DNA from: Gammaproteobacteria bacterium
GTDB taxonomy: Bacteria; Pseudomonadota; Gammaproteobacteria; Steroidobacterales; Steroidobacteraceae
Length of the DNA stretch: 64,000 bases
Direction of reading: 5' to 3'
Assembly: GCA_031431655.1 (NCBI GenBank)
Contig: JANPDV010000311.1
Coordinates: 177-64,176 of the forward strand
Shown: piece after piece, positions 7,113 to 15,314 of the stretch
Numbering within the stretch: the stretch's first letter is position 1
Layout: the number at the start of each line of letters is the position of its first letter
The notes under the pieces: model-generated
The model's input: the letters and a program-made list of their open reading frames with translations, nothing else
Told to the model about the DNA's origin: nothing
Databases searched by the model: none
Made by a program: the position numbers and the translations under genes

Positions 7113-9497
7113 TTATCGGCTCATATCGTACTTGAACGAAAGCACCACGTTGCGCGGAGCACCCGGCTGGATCTGGAAGTCGCCGGCAAAACCGCCCGTT
7201 TCGATGTACTGCCTGTTCAGCAGGTTGGAGACGCGCAGCGTCGTGCTGACACGGTTGCGCGTGTAGTAGAGCCCGAGATCGGCTGTCGCATAGCCCGGCA
7301 TCGTGAACGCGAGCGAATTCAGCGTCGGCGGCGCGCTCGCCGCCGCGGTATTGAACACCGTCGGAAGAATGCCGAGGCGGAACCCTGTGTATACGAGCCC
7401 AAGGCCGAAGCCGAATCCTTCCAACGGTCCTGAACTGAAATCGTACCGCGACCAGATGTGCGCGGCATGCAGCGGCGCATTCAGAAGTCGCGACCCGAGC
7501 TGTGCAGGTACGTTGGTCTTCTTGATCTCGGTGTCGGTGTAGGTGTAGCCGAATGTGACCTGCCAGTCGTCGGTCACACTGGCATTCATTTCGAGTTCGA
7601 GGCCCTGGGCCTGCTCCTCGCCGTTCTGCGTGGTGCAGGCGGGCTGATTGCAGACGATGCCATTGACGCTGACGCCGGTTGCCACGGTTCCGAAAGCGTT
7701 TTCCTTGTTGATGCGATACAGGGCGAGCGTCGTGCTCAGGCGCTTGTCGAACGTTTCCGACTTGAAGCCGAGCTCAACCTGCTTGCCCTCCTCGGGCACC
7801 AGCGATGCGCCGGGCAGTGGCAGCGCAGTGGATGCAGGCGCCACGAACGAGGTGCTGTAGCTCAGGTAGTACGACCAGCTCTCGTTGGGCTGGAACAGGA
7901 TACCTGCCGCCGGAAACACGTCGCTCGCACTGCTATCCGTTCGCGGCAACAGGTTGCCGGCGGCATCCCGCTGCTTCAGCTCCTCCTGGGACTGACGCTC
8001 CTTGGAGTAACGCAGGCCGATCATGCCCTTCCAGTTGTCGCTGAGCTTGACCAGATCGGTGACGTACGCTCCGAAGCTGTTGTTGACCGTATAGCGCCGG
8101 TTCAGACCCGGCCCTGGTGGCAGTGCACTCAGAGGGAGTATCGGCAGACCGGCAATATTGGCCAGATAGTTTGGTGCGTAGATCGAAATATCGAGCGTGC
8201 ACTGGTTGCGCGTCAGCGAGGTGAAGCGCGCCTCGGTCGTGCCCAGTGCCGCCAGCTGCGCCGCGGCGGTGGTGCCGCCGCAAAGGCCGGTGGCCGCCGT
8301 GGGTGCGTTGAAGAACTGCCGCCGGTCGAAATCCGAGGTCTCACGCCCACCATTGACGCCCACCAGCAGCTGATGCGACACACCACCGGTGTCGAACGGG
8401 ATGTTGAGCGTGCTGTCGGCGAACCGGTAGGTACGCTTGTTGATCTGATCGCGCGCCCGTCGACCGACCGTCGTCCCGACACGGCTGGTGCCGACGTCGA
8501 TCGTGCGGATCGCGAAGCTCTCATAGCCCTTGGTATCGTCGGAGTTCCGGACGCTGCGAACCGCTGTGTTCCACTTGATCCCGTTCTCGAACTCGTGGGC
8601 CACGGTCAATGCTCCCGTATACCCCGTCTCCTTCTGCAGATCGTCGGGCTGCTGGTAGCGCGTTACCCGGGGCGCCAGCAGGCGGTAGTCGCGATTGGGC
8701 GCGACCAGGAAGTTGTCGATCGACTGCTCTCCATGCCGATACTCGAGCGCCAAAGTTGCACTGGTGCGATCCGTTGCCTTCCAGGTAATGCTCGGAGCCA
8801 GGAACTGGATCTGTTCGTTGGCCGCGAAGCGAAACGAATCGACGTCGCCGTACTCGGCGATCAGCCGATACAGGAACCGCTCGCTTGTCCCGACAGGCCC
8901 GGAGAAGTCCGCCGATGCGGTATATCCGGAGTTGTCGCCGACACTGATGCCGTCGCCCGCCCAGCCGCTCATGCGCAGGCCGAATTCCGCGACGCGTTCG
9001 GCCTGGGGCCGCTTGACATTGATGTTGACGAACCCGCCAGGCTGCGACTGCCCATAGAGAACGGACGCAGGCCCCTTGACCACTTCGATGCGATCCACGT
9101 TGATGGTCGGCGGTGAGCCGAAACGCGATCCGAGTCCCGGCAACCCATCGACCATTATTGAATTGCGGTCATTGTTGCCACTCTTGAAGCCGCGCAACGA
9201 CAGGTCGTAGCCGGTGTTGCCGGCCCGCTGCACGCCGGTCATGTACTTGTACAGGTCGGCCATGCGCGTGGTTTCAATGGCCGTCATGAAGGCATCGGTG
9301 TACGTGGTCACCGTGAAGGGGATGTCGCGCACCGGCACGTCGAGCTTGAGTGCCGCGGACGCTTCCTCGGCAATAAAGCGGCCCTTCACGACCACTTCCT
9401 CCAGTTCCTCGGTGTTCTGGCCGAGCGCAATCCCCGGAATGATCCCGACTGCGAACCCCGTGGCAATGCTCAGCCAGACTTTTTTAAGTGCAGCCAT
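7113..9497 (-). CDS. TonB-dependent outer-membrane receptor
   Basis: 794 aa. Signal peptide, plug region (EEVVVKGRF..., VRDIPFTV..., IEVVKGPASVLYG) and a long beta-barrel. Ends LSFKY-DMSR. Confidence 0.85.
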   Translation of the reverse strand: MAALKKVWLSIATGFAVGIIPGIALGQNTEELEEVVVKGRFIAEEASAALKLDVPVRDIPFTVTTYTDAFMTAIETTRMADLYKYMTGVQRAGNTGYDLSLRGFKSGNNDRNSIMVDGLPGLGSRFGSPPTINVDRIEVVKGPASVLYGQSQPGGFVNINVKRPQAERVAEFGLRMSGWAGDGISVGDNSGYTASADFSGPVGTSERFLYRLIAEYGDVDSFRFAANEQIQFLAPSITWKATDRTSATLALEYRHGEQSIDNFLVAPNRDYRLLAPRVTRYQQPDDLQKETGYTGALTVAHEFENGIKWNTAVRSVRNSDDTKGYESFAIRTIDVGTSRVGTTVGRRARDQINKRTYRFADSTLNIPFDTGGVSHQLLVGVNGGRETSDFDRRQFFNAPTAATGLCGGTTAAAQLAALGTTEARFTSLTRNQCTLDISIYAPNYLANIAGLPILPLSALPPGPGLNRRYTVNNSFGAYVTDLVKLSDNWKGMIGLRYSKERQSQEELKQRDAAGNLLPRTDSSASDVFPAAGILFQPNESWSYYLSYSTSFVAPASTALPLPGASLVPEEGKQVELGFKSETFDKRLSTTLALYRINKENAFGTVATGVSVNGIVCNQPACTTQNGEEQAQGLELEMNASVTDDWQVTFGYTYTDTEIKKTNVPAQLGSRLLNAPLHAAHIWSRYDFSSGPLEGFGFGLGLVYTGFRLGILPTVFNTAAASAPPTLNSLAFTMPGYATADLGLYYTRNRVSTTLRVSNLLNRQYIETGGFAGDFQIQPGAPRNVVLSFKYDMSR

Positions 9498-9762
9498 ACC
9501 CCCTCCCCCAGATTCACCGCCATTCCCTGAGAATCGATGAACGGCGCTCGTCTTGTCAAAATCTTATGCGAAGCCTGATTGCCACTCAGCCAGCACTCTC
9601 CGGCACCGGTAGACCATGGGTGGCTGGGCATGGCAGCTCAAAGTCGTGTATTCGTCGCGTCAGTGCGCTGGCGATCGAGTATCTGGACCGCCCGGCCGGG
9701 CGCTTGAGCCAGGGCCTTGACCCGGACGATACTGTCTGATCTTTCGAACTTGCGAGGCAACC

Positions 9763-10809
9763 ATGACTCCGTTGATTCGAACTGGAATCATCAGTGCGCT
9801 GCTGCTTGGCGCATCGACTGCTCTGGCGCTCAAACACGCCCCGCCGCAGTACCGCGTCGAAGTCGATCCCTCGATCCCGGCATGGACTCCCGGAGCAGTG
9901 GTGATAGAGCCGGAGGAGGAGTTCAACGTCGTCGGCGCGGACGTCATGGACGAAATCACCCTCGCGTGGATCAAGCGATTCCGGGCCGCGTATCCGCAAC
10001 TCAGCGTGACCCTGGAAGCCCGTGCCTCCGGAAGCGGGGGACCGGCGCTGGTCGCGGGCCGCGCCCACGCTGCGCCGGTCGGTCGCGAACTGCTTCCGGC
10101 CGAAGAACAGGCCTTCATCGCGAAGTTCGGCTATCCGCCGCTGGCGATCCGCGTCGCCACGGGCAGCGTCAGCTCCCTCGGGAAGACCGCTGCCACGGTC
10201 ATCCTGGTGCACAAGGACAATCCGATCGAGGGTTTGACCCTCGCCCAGCTTGATGCCATCTATTCGACCACGCGCAGACGCGGCCACGTCCCCATCAATA
10301 CCTGGGGAGATCTCGGTGTAAAGGGCATCCTGGCAGGGCAACCTGTAAAGCTGTACGGCCTCAAGCCGCCCAATGGCATCGAGCGCTTCTTCAACATCGT
10401 CGCCCTGCAGGGAGGCAACTACCGGGAAGGAATTCAGTACGTAAAGAGCGAGGGGTTCACCCACGCGTTCACCTTTGCGGCCAACGACATGGCGCGCAAT
10501 ACCAATGGCCTGACCTATGCGCTGCTGGCCAATGTCACGCCGGACGTCAAGGTGGTGCCCGTCGCGCGCAACGCGGGGGAGCCGTTCGTGGCGCCGACCC
10601 TGGGCAACGTGGCATCGCACGCCTACCCGCTCAGCCGCTACGTCTATATCTTCGTCAATCGCGCTCCCGGCAAAGCGCTGGATCCCAAGACCCGGGAGTT
10701 CCTCAAGCTGGTGCTCAGCCGTGAAGGACAGCAGGCCGTCTCGGACGAGGGGGTTTACATCCCGCTCCGCGCCGAAGTCGTGCGCGAAGAGCTGGCCAAA
10801 CTGGAGTAG
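9763..10809 (+). CDS. PstS-like (PBP_like_2) periplasmic substrate-binding protein
   Basis: 348 aa with signal peptide. ARASGSGGPALVAG and AHAYPLSRYVYIFVN are typical of phosphate-binding-protein-fold SBPs. Confidence 0.65.
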   Translation: MTPLIRTGIISALLLGASTALALKHAPPQYRVEVDPSIPAWTPGAVVIEPEEEFNVVGADVMDEITLAWIKRFRAAYPQLSVTLEARASGSGGPALVAGRAHAAPVGRELLPAEEQAFIAKFGYPPLAIRVATGSVSSLGKTAATVILVHKDNPIEGLTLAQLDAIYSTTRRRGHVPINTWGDLGVKGILAGQPVKLYGLKPPNGIERFFNIVALQGGNYREGIQYVKSEGFTHAFTFAANDMARNTNGLTYALLANVTPDVKVVPVARNAGEPFVAPTLGNVASHAYPLSRYVYIFVNRAPGKALDPKTREFLKLVLSREGQQAVSDEGVYIPLRAEVVREELAKLE

Positions 10810-10813
10810 CGCC

Positions 10814-12316
10814 ATGACTGACCATGGGCGTTTTCTGCTGGCGCTGGTTGCACTGGCCAACTTCGGAAGCGGACTGGCTGCGGCCGGCGTGACCGGAGTC
10901 ACTGCGCAGTCCCGCATTCAGCACGTGCTGATGATCAGCGTGGACGGCATGCACGCGATCGACCTCGCCCTGTACGTGCGGAACAATCCGGCGTCGACGA
11001 TGGCGGTGCTTGCCGATCGCGGGGTGAACTACCCGAACGCCCGGACCCCGTTGTTAGGCGATTCATCGCCAGGGCTGGTGTCGCTGGCGACGGGCGGCAC
11101 GCCCTCGGTCACCGGCATCATCTACAGCCCGACCTATGATCGCGCCTTGTCCCCGCCCGGCGACACGCTCTGCGCGACGCGCGGCACCGTGTATTACATC
11201 GATGAAAAGCCCGTGAAGGACCGCAATCGGGAAGACTCCGGCGGAGGCATCGACTCCGACAAGCTGCCCCGCGACCCGGCGCGCGGCTGCGCCCCGGTAT
11301 ACCCGCATCACCTGATGCGGGTGAACACCGTGTTCGAGGTGCTGCAGCAGGCCGGTCACCGTACAGCCTGGATCGACCAGCACGAAATGTACAACGACCT
11401 GATCCAGGGCCCGTCGGGCCGCGGCATCACCGACAGTCGCGCGCTCGAACGCAAAGGCACACCCGGGAACTTCGCGGGCGCCACTGCGCAGGATGGCCGG
11501 CGGGTCGAGCTGCTGCTCAACCAGATCCGTGGTCTCGACAGTTTCGGCAGGCAGCGGGTTGGCGTGCCCAGGCTCTACGGCATGGGTTTCATCAGCTTCG
11601 GCATGTTGCAGAAGAGCGAGGGCTACGCCGACGCACGCGGCGCGCTGGGCGACGGCAAGCTCAAGGCGACACTCGACTTCGTCGACAGTTCGCTCGGCAG
11701 GATCGTGGCCGAGCTGCGCACGCATCGACTCTACGACAACACGCTGATCCTCCTCACCGCGAAGCACGGACAGTCCCCAATCGACCTGCGCCGTCGCCGC
11801 GTCATCGACCGGAACATCATTCGCAATGCCGTGAACGGCGTGCAGCCGGGCCTGTTGGCGCACGGATCGCTCGATTCCGTCGGCCTGTTGTGGTTGAAGG
11901 ATGCGAGCAAGACCGACGCCGCCGTGGAGGCGCTGCGCACGAATCAGACCCTGGCGGGGATCCAGAAGATCTACTGGGGCGACAGCGCCACGGCGCTGGT
12001 GAACCTGCCGGCCAACGACAGCCGGGCGCCGGATATCTTCATCCAGCCCGAGCTCGGCGTGTTCTATGCTGATGCGATCGACAGTCCGGAAACGCGGGCG
12101 CTGCTTGCAGAGCACGGCGGCATGCTCGATGAAGACACCAACGTGCCATTGCTGTTGTCGTTCGCCGGGGCCGGCGGACAGACGATCAACAGCGGCGTTG
12201 GTACTCAACAGGTGGCGCCGACGATCCTGCGCGCATTCGGCATCGACACCTACAAGCTGCAGGCGGTGCAACGGGAGCACACGGCCCCGCTTCCCGGCAT
12301 CGCGTTCCGGAGATAG
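10814..12316 (+). CDS. Alkaline-phosphatase-superfamily enzyme (nucleotide pyrophosphatase/phosphodiesterase-like)
   Basis: Internal ATG of ORF 10517..12316 (MTDHGRFLLALVALANF...). HVLMISVDGMHAIDL, GDSSPGLVSLATGG and LLTAKHGQSP match the type I phosphodiesterase/NPP metal and nucleophile regions. Confidence 0.7.
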   Translation: MTDHGRFLLALVALANFGSGLAAAGVTGVTAQSRIQHVLMISVDGMHAIDLALYVRNNPASTMAVLADRGVNYPNARTPLLGDSSPGLVSLATGGTPSVTGIIYSPTYDRALSPPGDTLCATRGTVYYIDEKPVKDRNREDSGGGIDSDKLPRDPARGCAPVYPHHLMRVNTVFEVLQQAGHRTAWIDQHEMYNDLIQGPSGRGITDSRALERKGTPGNFAGATAQDGRRVELLLNQIRGLDSFGRQRVGVPRLYGMGFISFGMLQKSEGYADARGALGDGKLKATLDFVDSSLGRIVAELRTHRLYDNTLILLTAKHGQSPIDLRRRRVIDRNIIRNAVNGVQPGLLAHGSLDSVGLLWLKDASKTDAAVEALRTNQTLAGIQKIYWGDSATALVNLPANDSRAPDIFIQPELGVFYADAIDSPETRALLAEHGGMLDEDTNVPLLLSFAGAGGQTINSGVGTQQVAPTILRAFGIDTYKLQAVQREHTAPLPGIAFRR

Positions 12317-12322
12317 ACCCGT

Positions 12323-13510
12323 ATGCGAGCAGGCTCCATGACTCAAGCCCGTCGCGGCGTCATAGCCCTGGTGGCCGCAACCCTCGGTGGTAGCGCTGCG
12401 CTCACGCTGGCCGCCGATGGCTGGGTCGAAGCCCCATTGGAGACTTTGCCGCGGGCAGTGCCGCAGAGCGAAGCGGAGAAGGAACAGGGCCGTCAGCACG
12501 GGCGAACGCTGCCGACGCCGGAGCGTCTGCAGCCAACCGTCGACGCCGCGCTGCCGGACTATCAACCGCGGCGGGACATCCGGATCGCCGGTCGCTTCAC
12601 GGGCGCGGCATCGGATGTACTTCCGGGCCTCGTTGGCATGTGGTTCGAGCGCTTCCGCAAGGTCTACCCGGGTGCGGAACTCAGCATCGCGCCGCCCTAC
12701 GCGGGCAGCCTGGGGGCCAGGGAACTAATCAACGAGAAGCTGGACTTCGCGTTCGTATCGCGCGAGCTGAAGCCCGACGACACGTCGGAGTTCGTGGCCC
12801 GATTCGGCTACCCGCCCCTGTCGCTGCCGGTATCGGCAGGCAGCTTCCGCCATTTCGGTTTCCTCGATGCCGTGGGCGTCATCGTTCATCCGGACAATCC
12901 GCTGCGCCAGTTGACGTTCGCGCAGCTGGATCGTGTCTTCTCGAGTACCCAGCACCACGGCGGCAAGCCTGCGACGCGCTGGGGCGATCTGGGTCTGGGT
13001 GGCGTCTGGGCAGACCAGCCGATTCACGTCTATGGCGTCAAGCCCTGGAACGGATTCGAGGAGTTCTTCCGGCAACGCGTGTTGAACGTCGGTACGCAGC
13101 GCGGCGAGTGGCGCAATGGCATGACCCTGGACGCCACCGTGTTTCCGATTGCCGGCCGTGTCGCTGCGGATCGACTCGGCATTGCGTACACCGGTCTCGC
13201 GTACCTCGATGTGCCCGTGCGGCTGCTCGCATTGCGTGCGGACCCGGAAGCCTCGTACACAAGCCCCAGCCACGAGAACGTCGCCAGCGCCCGCTATCCG
13301 CTGACGCGACTGATCTATCTCAATCTCAACCGCAGACCGGGTGAACCCCTGCCACCGGTACTGGAGGAGTTGGCGAAGTTCATTCTCAGCCGGCAGGGGC
13401 AACAAGCCGTGGTCGATCAGGCCGTGTTCATGCCGCTGACGGCGACCCAGGCGCGCGCTGGCCGGGCCCTATTGGCGGCACCGCAATCACCACGACGGGT
13501 GAAACCTTGA
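12323..13510 (+). CDS. PstS-like (PBP_like_2) periplasmic substrate-binding protein, second paralogue
   Basis: 395 aa. GGAGA lies 9 nt upstream of the ATG. Signal-like N-terminus. FGYPPLSLPV and ARYPLTRLIYLNLN parallel the 9763 protein. Confidence 0.65.
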   Translation: MRAGSMTQARRGVIALVAATLGGSAALTLAADGWVEAPLETLPRAVPQSEAEKEQGRQHGRTLPTPERLQPTVDAALPDYQPRRDIRIAGRFTGAASDVLPGLVGMWFERFRKVYPGAELSIAPPYAGSLGARELINEKLDFAFVSRELKPDDTSEFVARFGYPPLSLPVSAGSFRHFGFLDAVGVIVHPDNPLRQLTFAQLDRVFSSTQHHGGKPATRWGDLGLGGVWADQPIHVYGVKPWNGFEEFFRQRVLNVGTQRGEWRNGMTLDATVFPIAGRVAADRLGIAYTGLAYLDVPVRLLALRADPEASYTSPSHENVASARYPLTRLIYLNLNRRPGEPLPPVLEELAKFILSRQGQQAVVDQAVFMPLTATQARAGRALLAAPQSPRRVKP

Positions 13511-14232
13511 AGAATCTCGCATCCGCCGTCGCCGTACTGCTGCTGCTGGCCTGTCCACCGACGTCGTCGAAGGACGCGGATGTCGCCCGCGCGAGCAAGG
13601 CAAAGCAGGCGCTGCTCGTGGTGCAGCTTGCGGCTGCGGATTCAATCCCGGCCTCCGACCTTGCCGTCAAGGCTCGCCTCGAAGCGGCCGGCTTCCAGGT
13701 GCGCATGGTCGATCATGCGGAGCCCGCCACCGCGGCAACGGGGCGCGATCTGGTGCTGATTTCATCCAGCGTCAGCGCCAACAAGCTCGAAGGCCGCTAT
13801 CGCGACGTCAGTATCCCGATCGTTGTCTGGGAATCCTATGCATTGCCGCACATGGGCATGTCCGGCCGCAGGGAAGAGACTGACTTCGGTACGCGCGAGA
13901 AGGAACGCTACCTGTGGATGGTGAACGCGCCGCACGCGCTGTCGGCCGGCCTGCCAGCGGGCATGCTGAACGTCTACGCGAAGGGCGCTGGCATGAACTG
14001 GGGCAAGCCCGGGCTGGGCGCCACCATCATCGCGACGATCTCCGGCCAACCCGATCACGTTGCCGAATTCGCCTACGAGAAAGGCGCGACGATGGACTAT
14101 GAAAGCATCGCACCCGCGCGGCGCGTGTTCCTGTTCCTCGACAGCGCCACCTTTCCGAATCTCAACGACGCCGGGCTGAAGCTATTCGACGCGGCGGTCA
14201 CCTGGGCGGTGGGCGACTCGGCGAAGCAGTAG
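13507..14232 (+). CDS. Lipoprotein of unknown function
   Basis: TTG start overlaps the upstream TGA (TTGA). Lipobox-like LLLLAC. No motif recognised. Confidence 0.45.
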   Translation: MKNLASAVAVLLLLACPPTSSKDADVARASKAKQALLVVQLAAADSIPASDLAVKARLEAAGFQVRMVDHAEPATAATGRDLVLISSSVSANKLEGRYRDVSIPIVVWESYALPHMGMSGRREETDFGTREKERYLWMVNAPHALSAGLPAGMLNVYAKGAGMNWGKPGLGATIIATISGQPDHVAEFAYEKGATMDYESIAPARRVFLFLDSATFPNLNDAGLKLFDAAVTWAVGDSAKQ

Positions 14233-14240
14233 ACACCCCG

Positions 14241-15289
14241 ATGGCCTCGCTCCTGTCGTGGAAAGCCAGGGTGCTCGGCGTGCACCGCTGGGCGGGCCTC
14301 GTTCTCGGGCCGGTGCTGCTGGTAATGGCCTCGACAGGAATCATCAATCTGTGGCGGCCGGCGCTCGAGCCCTTGATCTCCGCGGACCTGCTGACCGTGG
14401 CGCCCTGTTCGACGCGTGTGCCGATCGACGTGCTGACTGCCAACGCCCAACTGGCGCATCCGGCCGGCAAGCTCGACTACGTGCGTATTCTTGCTGCCGA
14501 CCCGGGTTCGCAGCGACTGCCTGCAGCGCGCGTGCGATTCACCGACCAGCTGTTCGTCTATCTCAATCCCTGCACCGGGGAAGTCCTGGGTGAGCGCACC
14601 CGCTACGGGGGCCTGCTCGGCCGCGTGGAGCAGCTGCACATCTTCCGCTATCGCGCAGACCGCGAGCGGAGCCTGGTGTCGCCGCTGGTCGCGAGCGCAT
14701 TCGCGCTGGCGCTGATTGGCGGCGGCCTGTTCGTCTGGTGGCCCAGACACGCCGCAGCCGCAAAGGTCGCGCTGCAGCTGAAGACGCGTCTGCAGGGCCC
14801 CGCGCGCAGCCTGCACCGGCACAAGACGCTTGGTGTCTACGTGTGCCTTATCCTCCTGTTGCAGGTAGCGACGGCCCTGCCGCTGTCGTTCGCCTGGTAC
14901 AAGGACGGCCTGTATCGCCTGACCGGCTCGGCACTGCCTGCGCCTGCTCCATTGTCACGCCCCTCTCCGTCGAGCGGGGCCGCCACGGCGCGACTCTCGA
15001 TGGAGTCGTTCTGGCAGGTAGCGCAGCGCCGGACGCACCCCACGTGAATGCGCGCGCGATGCTCTACGTGGACGCCTACTCCGGGAAAGTGCTTCGGTTC
15101 GTGCCTTACGCGGACAGCAGCCCGGGGCACAAGCTGTATTTCTGGACGCTGTCGTTCCACATGGGCACCGTCGGCGGACTTGCCGGAAAGCGGATGCTCA
15201 TGGGCAGTACAGGGTCCCTGATATTCATCGGCTTCCTCGGGATTCGCAGCTACCTGCGCAGGCGACTGCACCGCCACGCTGCGTCATGA
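14241..15289 (+). pseudogene. PepSY-associated TM-helix protein (PiuB-like), interrupted by a frameshift near 15020-15045
   Basis: ORF 14241..15047 carries the N-terminal TM and PepSY parts and stops at TGA 15045-15047. The continuation ...APDAPHVNARAMLYVDAYSGKVLRF...FWTLSFHMGTVGG... reads in the frame of ORF 14738..15289. Confidence 0.6.
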
Positions 15290-15314
15290 CTCGTACAGCC
15301 CCCGCGATCCGCAG

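Noticed and set aside
9552-9570. Pho-box-like sequence cttgtcaaaatcttatgcg (and ctgtctgatctttcgaac at about 9731-9748) in the divergent control region between the TonB receptor and the PstS-like gene.
   Set aside because: Only one half-site of each resembles CTGTCAT (5/7) and the second half-sites are poor. This cannot be called a PhoB site without a matrix scan.
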